This document shows, one piece after another, positions 1-9,157 of a DNA stretch of 64,000 nucleotides. Made by a program: the position numbers and the translations under genes. The notes beneath the pieces are model-generated. The model had not been told where the DNA came from. It saw only the letters and a list, made by a program, of their open reading frames with translations, and searched no databases. The stretch comes from Candidatus Latescibacterota bacterium. GTDB lineage: Bacteria; Latescibacterota; UBA2968; UBA8231. The stretch spans positions 1,920,001-1,984,000 of the forward strand of contig CBDCSU010000006.1 in the NCBI GenBank assembly GCA_965221775.1, in the 5' to 3' direction. The stretch's first letter is position 1; each line of letters opens with the position of its first letter.

Positions 1-974
1 TCATCACCGTCAACCTCGACATCGCCGGCCGCCGCCCCTCGGCGGAGGTCTTCGACGCCGCCGGCATCGACTGGGAGCACCGCTACGGCGCGCCCGACTG
101 GCTCGACGACGACACGCGCGCGTCTCTGGCCGGCGTCGACGCCATCCTCGCCGGGGCGGAGCGCCTGGACGAGTCGACCATGGCCCACGCCGACCGGCTC
201 AAGGTCGTCTCCCGCAACGGCGTCGGCTACGACCGGGTCGACGTCGACTACTGCACCCGGCGGGGGATCGTCGTCACCTACACGCCCGGGGTCATGGCCG
301 ACGCCGTGGCCGATCTGACCATGGGCCTGCTGCTGGCCGCCGTGCGCGGCATCTCGACCGGCGACCGCCACGTGAAGGGGGGCGGCTACGAGGCCGCCAT
401 GGGCGAGGACCTGGCGGCCATGACCCTCGGCCTGTTGGGCTGCGGGCGCATCGGCGTCGAGGTGGTTCGCCGGGCCCTCGGGTTCCGCATGCGGGTCCTG
501 GTCCACGACCCCTGGGTCGCTCCCGAAGAGCTGCGCAAGATCGGCGCCGAGCCGGTCGATCTCGACGGCCTGCTGGCCGGCTCCGACGCCGTCAGCCTGC
601 ACCTGCCCATGTCGCAGGAGAACGCCCGCATCGTCGACGCCGGCTTCCTGGGCCGCATGAAGCCGGGGAGCTGGCTGATCAACACCGCCCGTGGCGGTCT
701 CGTCGACGAGCCCGCCCTGATCGCCGCCCTGGAGGCCGGTCACCTGGCCGGCGCCGGACTCGACTGCCAGGCCACGGAACCGCCAGCCGGGGATTCCGCC
801 CGCCTGGTCGCCCTCGAGCAGGTGGTGGCGACGCCCCACGGCGGCTCCAACACGGTGGCGGCGCGGACCCGCATGGCCGAGCTGGGCGCCCAGGGGATCG
901 TCGACGTGCTCCAGGGCCGCCGGCCGGAGCACGTGGTCAACCCGGAGGTGCTGGAGAAGGTGGGGATTCGCTGA
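1..974 (+). CDS. D-isomer-specific 2-hydroxyacid dehydrogenase (SerA/phosphoglycerate dehydrogenase-like), 5'-partial
   Basis: Frame is open from position 3. Motifs RNGVGYD, GCGRIG (NAD binding), LINTARG and TPH. Confidence 0.9.
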   Translation, partial: ITVNLDIAGRRPSAEVFDAAGIDWEHRYGAPDWLDDDTRASLAGVDAILAGAERLDESTMAHADRLKVVSRNGVGYDRVDVDYCTRRGIVVTYTPGVMADAVADLTMGLLLAAVRGISTGDRHVKGGGYEAAMGEDLAAMTLGLLGCGRIGVEVVRRALGFRMRVLVHDPWVAPEELRKIGAEPVDLDGLLAGSDAVSLHLPMSQENARIVDAGFLGRMKPGSWLINTARGGLVDEPALIAALEAGHLAGAGLDCQATEPPAGDSARLVALEQVVATPHGGSNTVAARTRMAELGAQGIVDVLQGRRPEHVVNPEVLEKVGIR

Positions 975-998
975 GGGTGGGGCTGGCCTGAAGAGAGG

Positions 999-1027
999 CG
1001 GGACCCCTGCCGGCGCGGTGGGTCCCG
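999..1027. terminator. GC-rich hairpin between convergent genes (possible terminator)
   Basis: CGGGACCC...GGGTCCCG inverted repeat between stops at 974 and 1042. No U tract. Confidence 0.35.
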
Positions 1028-1041
1028 GGTGGAGCCGGGCC

Positions 1042-2184
1042 CTAGACTCCGTCCGGGCGCAGCCAGCCGAGGGGGAGCGGGCACCAGCCCCGCAGGGCGC
1101 CCAGGGCCGGGGGCACCGCCGTCACCAGGTCCGCCGCCAGCGGGCCGAAGAGGGCGCGCATCGCCGTCGCCGGGTCCCAGTTGTCTCCGTCTGAAGCATC
1201 CTCCCGCCGGCACTCGGGACGGCCGTCCCGCACACGCATCCTCAAGGTACCGTAGCCCTCGATGCCGACGTCGGCCTCGCCCTCGGGCAGACGATCGCAG
1301 ACCCCCATCAGGGCCTCCACCGTGGGCGCCCAGTCGAAGACCTGCCAGTTGCCCGAGGAGGCGACGCTCACCGATTCCCCCACGGCGGCCAGCCGCCGCA
1401 CCAGGACCTGCCGCTCCGGCGGCAGGGAGAAGCGCACGGAGCCGGCATCGCGAGCCTGCACCCAGGCGGGAGCCATGGCCAGGGCCGTCTCCTCGTCGCG
1501 GCCGACCAGCTCGGCGACCTGGCCGCCGTCGGGGGTGGCCACCAGGTAGCCGGCCATCTCGCCGGAGGCGTCGAGGGCCGCGTGCGGGCGGTTGTACCAG
1601 GCGCGCAGGTAGCGGTGGAACCAGGGCTTGCGGCGCCGGCAGTGGACGCGCTGAGCCTGGTGCATCCGCCAGGCCTGCTCCAGGCGGCCGGAATGGCCGG
1701 GCTCGAGAGCCTCGAAGCGCAGGTCCACAGGCTCAGGACAGGCGTGGCGCAGGTTGGCCGGCCCCAGGTCGACGGAGACCGTCCGGCCGCACTTCTCGTA
1801 CCCGAAGTAGCCGTAGCGCTGGCGCTGGCCGCCGAGCCAGGAGAGGTGGAAGCCCTCGGCCTTCATGCGCTCCACGCAGTGGCGCATGAGAACCCCCATG
1901 TAGCCCCTGCCGCGGTCGCCGGGGTGGGTGGAGACGCCGCCGATGCCGCCGACCTTCAGCAGGCGGCCGCCGACCTGCCAGTCGATGGGGAAGAGCCCGA
2001 CGATGGCGCGGATCCGCCCGTCCACGCGCAGGGCGTGGTTGCAGGACATGAGCTCGTCGCAGGGCTGGTAGATCGACGGCAGGAGGGTGGCGAAGTCGTG
2101 GGGGCGGTGCTCGCCGAAGACACCGTCGAGGAAGGCGATCGCCTCGTCGAAGTCGGCGCCGGAGAGCTGGACGACGTCGGCCAA
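1042..2184 (-). CDS. GNAT-family (Eis-like) N-acetyltransferase
   Basis: GGIGGVSTHPGDRGRGYMG acetyl-CoA motif, YGYFGYE, 380 aa. Confidence 0.85.
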   Translation of the reverse strand: MADVVQLSGADFDEAIAFLDGVFGEHRPHDFATLLPSIYQPCDELMSCNHALRVDGRIRAIVGLFPIDWQVGGRLLKVGGIGGVSTHPGDRGRGYMGVLMRHCVERMKAEGFHLSWLGGQRQRYGYFGYEKCGRTVSVDLGPANLRHACPEPVDLRFEALEPGHSGRLEQAWRMHQAQRVHCRRRKPWFHRYLRAWYNRPHAALDASGEMAGYLVATPDGGQVAELVGRDEETALAMAPAWVQARDAGSVRFSLPPERQVLVRRLAAVGESVSVASSGNWQVFDWAPTVEALMGVCDRLPEGEADVGIEGYGTLRMRVRDGRPECRREDASDGDNWDPATAMRALFGPLAADLVTAVPPALGALRGWCPLPLGWLRPDGV

Positions 2185-2185
2185 G

Positions 2186-2971
2186 CTACCGGCCGGGGTG
2201 GGGCATGAAGAACTCGAAGCGCGCCGGGTCGCCGTAGCCCTCGATCTCGGTGGGGCGGATGCCGGCGCTGTCGCGCGCGGCGCGCACGATCGTCTTGTTG
2301 AAGTCGCTCACGCCCTCGGCCTCGAAGTAATCCTGCACAGGCATCCAGCGGCTCTCGGCGATCTCCTCCTCCTGGATGGTGATGCGCTCGTCGAGGGGGC
2401 GCAGGCGGCAGACGAAGTAGATGTCGGACTTGCCGTAGCGGTAGCCGTGCCAGTGGCGGAAGCAGACGAGGGCGTCGAACTCGGTGCTCACCCCCGTCTC
2501 CTCGAAGACCTCGCGGACGATGCCCTCCACGAGGTGCTCCCCTTCGTGCAGGGCGCCGCCGGGCAGCTTGTAGCTCCCGCGGCGGCGGGGGGTGCGGTGA
2601 TACCGCTCGCTGACCACGAGCAGCTCGTCGCGGTCGTTGATGGCCACGCCGCCGACGCCTATGTAGTGCGAGGCGTGGGCGGGGATGAAGGCGTCCTCTT
2701 CGAGGCGCGCCGTCATCATCAGGCTGTCGTCGTTGGAATGGTGGAAGGCGAAGCCGGCCGACGCGGCCACGGGGATCAGATCGGCCCGGTCGATGGAGAT
2801 CTCGAGCCAGACGACGCGGTATCCCTTGTCGCGCCAGTGGGCCATGGAGGCCTCGAGCCGGGCGGCGAAACGGGCCGGATCGCGGTCGAGGGCGCCGGGC
2901 TCGGGAATGACGCCGCCGAAGGGGTTCTCGCCGGCGGGGATGACGTTCGGTTCGTCGGTCACGGGGGCCAT
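2186..2971 (-). CDS. Nudix hydrolase (NUDT6-like, with pre-Nudix N-terminal domain)
   Basis: Nudix box GGALHEGEHLVEGIVREVFEETGV and the GFAFHH segment. Start placed at ATG 2971. Confidence 0.88.
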   Translation of the reverse strand: MAPVTDEPNVIPAGENPFGGVIPEPGALDRDPARFAARLEASMAHWRDKGYRVVWLEISIDRADLIPVAASAGFAFHHSNDDSLMMTARLEEDAFIPAHASHYIGVGGVAINDRDELLVVSERYHRTPRRRGSYKLPGGALHEGEHLVEGIVREVFEETGVSTEFDALVCFRHWHGYRYGKSDIYFVCRLRPLDERITIQEEEIAESRWMPVQDYFEAEGVSDFNKTIVRAARDSAGIRPTEIEGYGDPARFEFFMPHPGR

Positions 2972-3096
2972 TGGGGCGGTATGTAGCCGAGCGGTTCGAG
3001 GCATGTCAAGGTCGTCTTGGACGTGGCAGGTTTCGGCGATCTTGGGTACTTTTGGCGCATCGATCCCACCCAAACCGACGAGAGGAGCTCTCGCCC

Positions 3097-3294
3097 ATGC
3101 CGTTTTCGTTCAAGAACTCGAAGGGAACGTCCTACATCCTCCACCAGAAGACCACGACCCTGAAGAACGGGAACACGCAGAACATCTTCTTCTTCGCCAA
3201 GGAGGCCCGCGAAGGCGCCCTCGACGAGGTGCCCGAGGGCTACCAGGTCGCCGAGAGCCGCAACGGCCTTCCGGTGCTCAAGCGCTCCAGCTGA
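3097..3294 (+). CDS. Small (65 aa) hypothetical protein
   Basis: GAGGAG Shine-Dalgarno before ATG 3097, strongly biased codons, and a downstream terminator. Begins MPFSFKNSKGTSYILH. Confidence 0.8.
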   Translation: MPFSFKNSKGTSYILHQKTTTLKNGNTQNIFFFAKEAREGALDEVPEGYQVAESRNGLPVLKRSS

Positions 3295-3325
3295 GTCTCT
3301 TCAGGAAGCAAGACCAGAGGTATCC

Positions 3326-3361
3326 AGGCGCCGGTGGGTTTCCGCCGGCGCCTTTCTCTTT
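3326..3361 (+). terminator. Rho-independent terminator
   Basis: AGGCGCCGGTGG-GTTT-CCGCCGGCGCCT stem followed by TTCTCTTT. Confidence 0.8.
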
Positions 3362-3410
3362 GCCGGGCCCAGCCGGCGGGCCTAGCCTTCGGCCCGCCCC
3401 CACCGGAGTG

Positions 3411-5255
3411 ATGCAGATGGAACGCACCCTGTCCCGCCGCCTCGGCAAGCGCACCGCGAGCCGGGAACTGCTCGCCTTCCTCGACGAGCGGCTGCCGCGC
3501 CTGCAGAGGCCGTCCTCACCGGCGGCCTGGAAGCGCCGCGCCACCAAGGCCCGCGCCGCCGTCCTCGAGCTGTTCCTGCGCGGCCATCCCGCCGGCGTCC
3601 TCGAGGAGCAGCCCCGCGTCGAGTGGCGCGGCGTGATCGACGCCGGCCCCGGTTACCGCATCCGCAAGCTCCGCTACGAGGGTTACCCCGGCCTGTGGGT
3701 GCCGGCCCTGCTCTACGAGCCCACCAGCCTCAGCGGCAAGGTGCCCGCCGTGCTCAACCCCAACGGGCACCACGCCGGCGGCAAGGCGATGGACTACAAG
3801 CAGGCGCGCTGCATCAACCTGGCGAAGCGCGGCATGCTGGCCCTGAACACCGAGTTCATCGGCATGGGGGAGTTGCGCTCCGACAGCGACCACATGCGCA
3901 TCAGCCTCCTCGACTTCTGCGGCGTCGCCGGCGTCGGCGTGTTCTACCTGCTCATGAAGCGCGGCCTCGACGTGCTGCTTGCCCACCGCCACGCCGACCC
4001 GGAGCGGGTGGCCATGACCGGCCTCTCCGGCGGCGGCTGGCAGACGGCGGTCCTCTCCGCCCTCGACGAGCGCGTCACCGTGCCGGTGCCCGTGGCCGGC
4101 CACTCACCCGTGTGGCAACGCTGCCGCTGCGCCGCCGACATGGGCGACTTGGAGCAGTGCCCCACCGACCTGTGCACGGCCGCCGACTACGACGTCCTCA
4201 CCGGCATGTTCGCGCCGCGGCCGACGCTGCTCATCTACAACCACGAGGACGACTGCTGCTTCCAGACCCGGCGCACCAGGCTCTCCGTGTACCGGCCGGC
4301 CCGCGCCGTCTTCGAGACCCTGGGCGCCGGCGGCGACATCGAGCTGCACGACAACCTCGACCCCGGCACCCACAACTACGAGAGCGACAACCGCGGCCAG
4401 CTCTACCGCTTCCTCAACAAGCACTGGGGCCTGGACACGCCGGACGACGATCTGCCCTACGAGGAGGAGCTGCTGCCGGAGAGCGAGCTGAACGTCGGGC
4501 TGCCCGCCGACAACGCCACCCTCTACTCGCTGGCGCAGGTCCACCTGCAGAGGATCCGCCGCCGCCGCGAGAAGGCCCGCCCGGCCTCCGCGGCGGTGAC
4601 CCGCCGAAGGCTGGCGCGGGTGCTGCACCTGGGCCGGTACGAGGCGGAGGGCGCCCTGGGCAGGCGCGGCCCCCGGGGCGGATTGGCCACGAGCGACGGG
4701 GCGCTTCGCGTCGGCCCCTGGTCGGTGCCGGTGACCGCCGTGGAGCCGGGGGGAAGGGCGAAGGGCACGGAGATCATCCTCAGCGACGGGGGGCGCGGCG
4801 GGTCGGCGGCCCTGGCGCGGGAGGCTCTGGAGGAGCGGCGCCGGGTGCTGGCCGTCGACCTCTTCGGCGCCGGCGAGAACGCCTGCGCCTTTCAGTACCA
4901 CATGCTCCTGGCCAGCGCCGGCGAGCGGTCCCTCGGCATCATGGCCGGGCAGCTGCTGGCCGTGGCCGAATGGGCGTCGCGGCACTACCCCGGCGAGCTG
5001 CACCTACGCGCCGCGGGCCGGACGGCGCCGGTCCTCTGCCTGCTGGCGGCGGCCCTGCAGCCGCGGCGGTTTTCCGGGATCGTCACCAGCGCACAGATCG
5101 ACTCCCTGGAGCGGCTCGTCGAGTGGCCCTCGTCCTACGCGGCGGACGCGCCCCTGCTCTGCTTCGGACTGCTGGAGGAGATCGACCTGCCCGACCTGGT
5201 GCGCCTGTCGGCGCCGGTGCCGCTGGCGGACTCGAGCCGGGGGCCGCTGCGGTGA
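3411..5255 (+). CDS. Alpha/beta-hydrolase (acetylxylan/glucuronoyl esterase-like), two-domain
   Basis: GLSGGG nucleophile elbow, NPNGH, DCCF and GTHNY. The C-terminal half is a degenerate second hydrolase domain. Confidence 0.75.
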   Translation: MQMERTLSRRLGKRTASRELLAFLDERLPRLQRPSSPAAWKRRATKARAAVLELFLRGHPAGVLEEQPRVEWRGVIDAGPGYRIRKLRYEGYPGLWVPALLYEPTSLSGKVPAVLNPNGHHAGGKAMDYKQARCINLAKRGMLALNTEFIGMGELRSDSDHMRISLLDFCGVAGVGVFYLLMKRGLDVLLAHRHADPERVAMTGLSGGGWQTAVLSALDERVTVPVPVAGHSPVWQRCRCAADMGDLEQCPTDLCTAADYDVLTGMFAPRPTLLIYNHEDDCCFQTRRTRLSVYRPARAVFETLGAGGDIELHDNLDPGTHNYESDNRGQLYRFLNKHWGLDTPDDDLPYEEELLPESELNVGLPADNATLYSLAQVHLQRIRRRREKARPASAAVTRRRLARVLHLGRYEAEGALGRRGPRGGLATSDGALRVGPWSVPVTAVEPGGRAKGTEIILSDGGRGGSAALAREALEERRRVLAVDLFGAGENACAFQYHMLLASAGERSLGIMAGQLLAVAEWASRHYPGELHLRAAGRTAPVLCLLAAALQPRRFSGIVTSAQIDSLERLVEWPSSYAADAPLLCFGLLEEIDLPDLVRLSAPVPLADSSRGPLR

Positions 5256-5289
5256 GGGGAGGGTGAACCAGACGGCGCTGGCAGCGCCC

Positions 5290-5583
5290 CTAACTGCTCG
5301 GAACCTGCACCCCGGCTTGCTCTGGAAGAGCTTCGACAAGGAGCAAGGCGACGGCGCTGCCGGCATCGGGATGCGCGACAACCGCATCGGCGGAACTGGG
5401 CTCGGGGATCTCGTTGTCCGAGCAGGCCAGGCCTTCGAGATGGAGTGCCAGAGCTTCGGCCGCCATTTCTCTGGCCTCCTCAAGGGTGCGGCCGGCGGTG
5501 ACACACCCGGGCAAGTCAGGGAAGCTCACCCCGTAGTCGCTCTGTTGCTCCTTGTGAACCAAGCCGATGTAGGTTCGCTTCAC
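5290..5583 (-). CDS. hicB: HicB-family antitoxin
   Basis: YGVSFPDLPGCVTAGRTLEEAREMAAEAL, directly downstream of hicA. Confidence 0.92.
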   Translation of the reverse strand: MKRTYIGLVHKEQQSDYGVSFPDLPGCVTAGRTLEEAREMAAEALALHLEGLACSDNEIPEPSSADAVVAHPDAGSAVALLLVEALPEQAGVQVPSS

Positions 5584-5592
5584 GGTGGCCTC

Positions 5593-5781
5593 CTATCGTA
5601 GTCTGAGTCCAGATTGCCGTTCGATACTCCGCAGCGTACCGGCAGGGAGGTCGCGACGCGGATGCGGAACCGTCACCAGGCCCTCCTTCTGCGGGTGCTT
5701 CAAGTGGTAATGCGATCCACGAATACGGTCTGTCTGCCAACCGTCCTCGTGCAGTCGCCTCAAGACAGTCCGGCTGTCCAT
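5593..5781 (-). CDS. hicA: HicA-family mRNA interferase toxin
   Basis: 62 aa with GW...RGSHYHLKHP...VTVPHP..DLPAGTLRSI. Confidence 0.93.
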   Translation of the reverse strand: MDSRTVLRRLHEDGWQTDRIRGSHYHLKHPQKEGLVTVPHPRRDLPAGTLRSIERQSGLRLR

Positions 5782-5809
5782 CTCCGAATCAGTTGATGCT
5801 CCCTGTAGG

Positions 5810-5854
5810 ATCTCATATTGACGAGATTATACCGATATTGCACGATCATGGCAC
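5810..5854. promoter_or_regulatory. Overlapping divergent sigma70-like promoters with palindrome
   Basis: Minus strand GTGCCA-17-TATAAT (-10 at 5826-5831). Plus strand TTGACG(5818)-17-CACGAT. ATCTC-N8-GAGAT palindrome overlaps both. Confidence 0.55.
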
Positions 5855-5869
5855 TTCACGGAGTACTCC

Positions 5870-6139
5870 TTGGCGGATGCTGAAGAACTGACCCTGCGTG
5901 GCCTGGATCCCCAGCTTGTCGCCAAGTTGAGGGAGGCGGCTGGACGGGAGGACAAGAGCGTGAGCCAGATAGCCCTGGATGCCCTGCGAAGGCATTTCGG
6001 ACTGGACAGGTCCCGCTGGTTCACGGAAGTCCATCGAGACATGGATCATCTCTTCGGACGCTGGGACAAGGAGGAGTTCGTCCGGATTCAGCGGAAAATC
6101 GATTCCGGCCGGCGCGTCGATCCGGAACAGTGGCAGTGA
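5870..6139 (+). CDS. Ribbon-helix-helix antitoxin (VapB/FitA-like), orphan
   Basis: LTLRGLD...LREAA..EDKSVSQIAL RHH N-terminus and a DMDHLFGRW...VDPEQWQ tail. It is followed by only a 7-codon overlapping stub. Confidence 0.7.
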   Translation: MADAEELTLRGLDPQLVAKLREAAGREDKSVSQIALDALRRHFGLDRSRWFTEVHRDMDHLFGRWDKEEFVRIQRKIDSGRRVDPEQWQ

Positions 6140-6155
6140 ACCGGTTTCTGATGGG

Positions 6156-6274
6156 GTGAAGTCGCCCGTTCCAGTGGCCCTGGGCGTGGCCTGGATGGCG
6201 GGCTTCTACGGGCTCGCCGCTCTCGGCGTGGAGCCGGTGGCCACGTCTTTTTCCTTTTCGCCTGGGCCGCTCCT
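6156..6274 (+). pseudogene. Diverged copy of the 5' end of the 7359-8665 membrane protein gene
   Basis: Encodes [30 protein letters not shown] versus ...[26 protein letters not shown] in the full gene. Differences are mostly synonymous, then the copy frameshifts. Confidence 0.85.
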
Positions 6275-6743
6275 ATGCTTCCAGGAAGTCAACCAGCAGT
6301 TCCTCGAAGTTCGTTCTGTTGAAGTCCCACCTGCGAGGCTTCTCGTACCTGGCCTCTCTCTTCGCGAACTCCCAGTGGTCCGTTCCCTTGAGAACCAGCA
6401 TCGCGAGAGAAGTGCTGCCGGAGACGAGGTCGACGCGGCCTCTGGCACCGAGAACGAAGCGACCAATTGGCCTCAAGGTGAGCACCTGGCTCCTCAAGAA
6501 GACAAGCTTGAGGGTCGGTGCCTGGTATTCCCCAAGTTGCTCCTCGTAGATCGGAATCGTCTCTCTTTCGACCTGCAGCAGGGCTTGATCCTCGAGCGGA
6601 CGCAGCCACTCGAGTATCGTCGAAGTGAGCCCATTGCAGCTCGAAATCCACTCTTGGCGAACGGCATCGTGGTCGATTTCCGATGCCTCCTGCTGCCGTT
6701 GCCTCTTCTTCAGAACTTCCTCCAGCGTGGGCACTTCAACCAC
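6273..6743 (-). CDS. Hypothetical protein (156 aa)
   Basis: Protein-like composition, GAGGAG SD and an LRPIGRFVLGARGRVDL segment. No function recognised. Confidence 0.75.
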   Translation of the reverse strand: MVEVPTLEEVLKKRQRQQEASEIDHDAVRQEWISSCNGLTSTILEWLRPLEDQALLQVERETIPIYEEQLGEYQAPTLKLVFLRSQVLTLRPIGRFVLGARGRVDLVSGSTSLAMLVLKGTDHWEFAKREARYEKPRRWDFNRTNFEELLVDFLEA

Positions 6744-6864
6744 TCCTCTGCGCCGGGTTCACAGGACGCCGCCGGAGTTCATCGGCAAGGCTCTCCTGAC
6801 GTAAGACGCCGCATGCAGTCAAGCACCGGGAGCGTCCCGTGGTCACTCATCGTCTCCCGAAGCT

Positions 6865-7176
6865 TCATACAACCTCTTCCACCGTCGGCGCAGTCGCAGC
6901 CTGGTTCCGGCGGGCCTGCGCGAGTTCGTAGCTCGCCTGCATCCGCATCCAGTGCTCGGCGGTGCCCCAACCGATCTCTTCCAGCGCCAGCGCCATGTTC
7001 GCAGAGACCCCCGCCTTTCCGTTCAGCACGCGCGACAGGGTCCCGCGGTCGCAACCGAGGTGGACGGCCGTATCCGTGACGTTCCATCCGGTCTCTTCCA
7101 TGCTCTCACGGATCAGTTCGCCCAGATGCGGCGGGTTCAGCATGGGGCGTGCACGTCCGTCCCCGTCATTGTTCAT
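6865..7176 (-). CDS. higA: HigA-family (HTH-XRE) antitoxin
   Basis: NPPHLGELIRE...LSRVLNGKAGVSANMALAL...WMRMQASYEL, with AAGGAG SD before ATG 7176. Confidence 0.9.
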   Translation of the reverse strand: MNNDGDGRARPMLNPPHLGELIRESMEETGWNVTDTAVHLGCDRGTLSRVLNGKAGVSANMALALEEIGWGTAEHWMRMQASYELAQARRNQAATAPTVEEVV

Positions 7177-7196
7177 CAGTCGGCACTCCTTCCCGG

Positions 7197-7316
7197 TCAG
7201 TGATAGTCGATCAGGTCCACGTCCACGGCCTCGCCGTCCTCGAACCGGAACACCACGCGCCAGTTGCCGGACACACGCACGCTCCACTCGCCCGCCCGGT
7301 CGCCCTTCAGGTGTAG
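7197..7316 (-). pseudogene. higB: C-terminal remnant of HigB (RelE-family) toxin
   Basis: Not in the ORF track. Hand translation gives LHLKGDRAGEWSVRVSGNWRVVFRFEDGEAVDVDLIDYH*, with no start or N-terminal half. Confidence 0.88.
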
Positions 7317-7358
7317 CGTGCCGCGCCACGCGCCGCAAGAAGGTGCTGCGCTGAGCGC

Positions 7359-8665
7359 ATGAGGCGCCAGTGGCGGTGACCCTCGGCGTGGCCTGGATGG
7401 CCGGCTTCTACGGCCTCGCCGCCCTCGGCGTAGAGCCCGTAGCCACCTTCTTCTTCCTCTTCGCCTGGGCCGGCCTCCTCTTCACCTTCGACCAGCTCAT
7501 CGCCCGGGTCGAGGGCCGCTCTCTTGTCGCACGCCTCGGGGCTGGCTCCTTGGCACTGCTCATGGCGTGGTCCGCCGTGCTCTGGTTCGCCTTCGAGCTG
7601 GCCAACCTGCGGCTGCAGAACTGGCACTACGTGATGGTCACCGACGTGGACGCCGCGCGCCTGGCGGGGACGGTCCTGGCCTTCGGCACGGTGCTGCCGG
7701 GCGTGTTCTGGATCGATCACTGGCTCGGCGCACGAGGCGTCGCCGCGGCCCTGGGCCTCCGTCCCCTGCGCTTCGGTCCGCGGTCCCTGCTCGCGCTGCA
7801 GGCGGCAGGCGCCGTCAGCCTGGTGCTGTGCCTGCTCGATCCGACGCGCTTCTACCCGCTGATCTGGGGTGTCGCACCCCTGGTCCTCGCGCCGGTGGTC
7901 TACCGCCGCGGCGCTGACGGCTGGCTGCGCCAGTGGGAGGGCGGCGAGTACGGCCCCACCCTGCGCATGCTGCTGGCCGGCGCAATCGCCGGTGGATTCT
8001 GGGAGTTCTTCAACTACTGGGCCCGGGCCAAGTGGATCTACACCGTCCCCTTCTTCGACGAGCTCAAGCTCTTCGAGATGCCCTTGTTGGGATTCCTCGG
8101 CTTCCCGCCCTTCGCCCTGGGCTGCGCCACCGTGTATCGGCTGCTGGTCTGGCACCGGCTGGCGCCCCCCATCGGCTGCTTCGCTCAGCAGGGGCCCGCC
8201 GCAGGGAAGCTGGCGCGCCCGGCTGTGATCGCCGTGGCCGTGGTCGTCTCGGTGACCGGTTATCTCGCCGTCGACCGCGTGGTCGTCACCTCGCGCACGC
8301 CGAGGGTAGCCGATGCCGCGGCCATCGGTCCGGAGCAGCGGCAGGCCCTGAAGGCGGCCGGGGTGTCACACCTGACGCAGCTGACGGGCTGGAGAAGCGG
8401 ACGCCGCTGGGCCGAGGTCGAGGCGATGTTGGGTGATTCGAGCGCAGCGGATCTGCGTCGGGTGGTGGCGGTGTACTTGCATCAGGGGATCGGGACGGAG
8501 TACGGCAACCGCCTCGTGGCGGCGGGCGTCACCTCCCTGGAGAGCCTGCGTGGCTGGAGGGCCGGGGAGTTGTGGGAGAGGCTGCGAGTGGAGGACTCGC
8601 AGGGCAGGGTGCCGACGCGGGCGCAGGTGAAGGTGTGGGTGCGGCGGCTGCCAGAGGGTGGATGA
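7359..8665 (+). CDS. Multi-pass membrane protein with C-terminal DUF4332-like (helix-hairpin-helix) domain; start at GTG 7370, or at ATG 7359 with a 1-nt frameshift
   Basis: About 8 hydrophobic helices, a [17 protein letters not shown]...FEMPLLG motif, and a [17 protein letters not shown] HhH-like tail. Confidence 0.75.
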
Positions 8666-8724
8666 TTCCGGGATCCTCAGGCAAATTATCCGCCGCAGGT
8701 ACCCCAGCAGGGAGGAGTGAAGCT

Positions 8725-9015
8725 ATGCCGATGAAGAACCCGCCCCATCCAGGGCTCTCGGTGCGGCACGATTGCCTGGAGCCTTTGGGGCTGAATGTCA
8801 CGGAAGCGGCCAGGCACCTGAGCGTCAGCCGCGAGGAGCTTTCCGACATCGTGAACTGCAACGCGGGCATCTCGCCTGAGATGGCAATCCGGCTCCACAA
8901 GGCCTTCGGGGGCGGCGCCGAGACGTGGCTGCGCCTCCAGGCTGCCTACGACTTGGCGCGAGCGATGAAGCATGCCGATGAGATCAAGGTCGAACGGCTG
9001 TCACCAGGAGCCTGA
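8725..9015 (+). CDS. higA: HigA-family antitoxin, orphan
   Basis: [10 protein letters not shown]...[28 protein letters not shown], with GGAGG SD. No room for an upstream toxin gene. Confidence 0.9.
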   Translation: MPMKNPPHPGLSVRHDCLEPLGLNVTEAARHLSVSREELSDIVNCNAGISPEMAIRLHKAFGGGAETWLRLQAAYDLARAMKHADEIKVERLSPGA

Positions 9016-9157
9016 TACCGTGGGGCGTACAAGTGGAAGACCAAGCTGCGGTACAGCGGAAGGTCGCAGCATCCAAAATCGCCACACGCCCTTGCCCGAA
9101 GCGGCTCTCGGCATACCATGGGTCGCCCCATGTACACATGGCCTTGTGGAGTCTAAG

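Noticed and set aside
2685-3410. N-terminal extensions in the ORF track (856-aa, 833-aa, 651-aa, 494-aa and 469-aa ORFs)
   Set aside because: They overlap other real genes. Better starts with SD or stop-start coupling lie downstream.
5979-7079. 366-aa plus-strand ORF
   Set aside because: Chimeric read-through of the duplicated stub and the antisense strand of two real genes.
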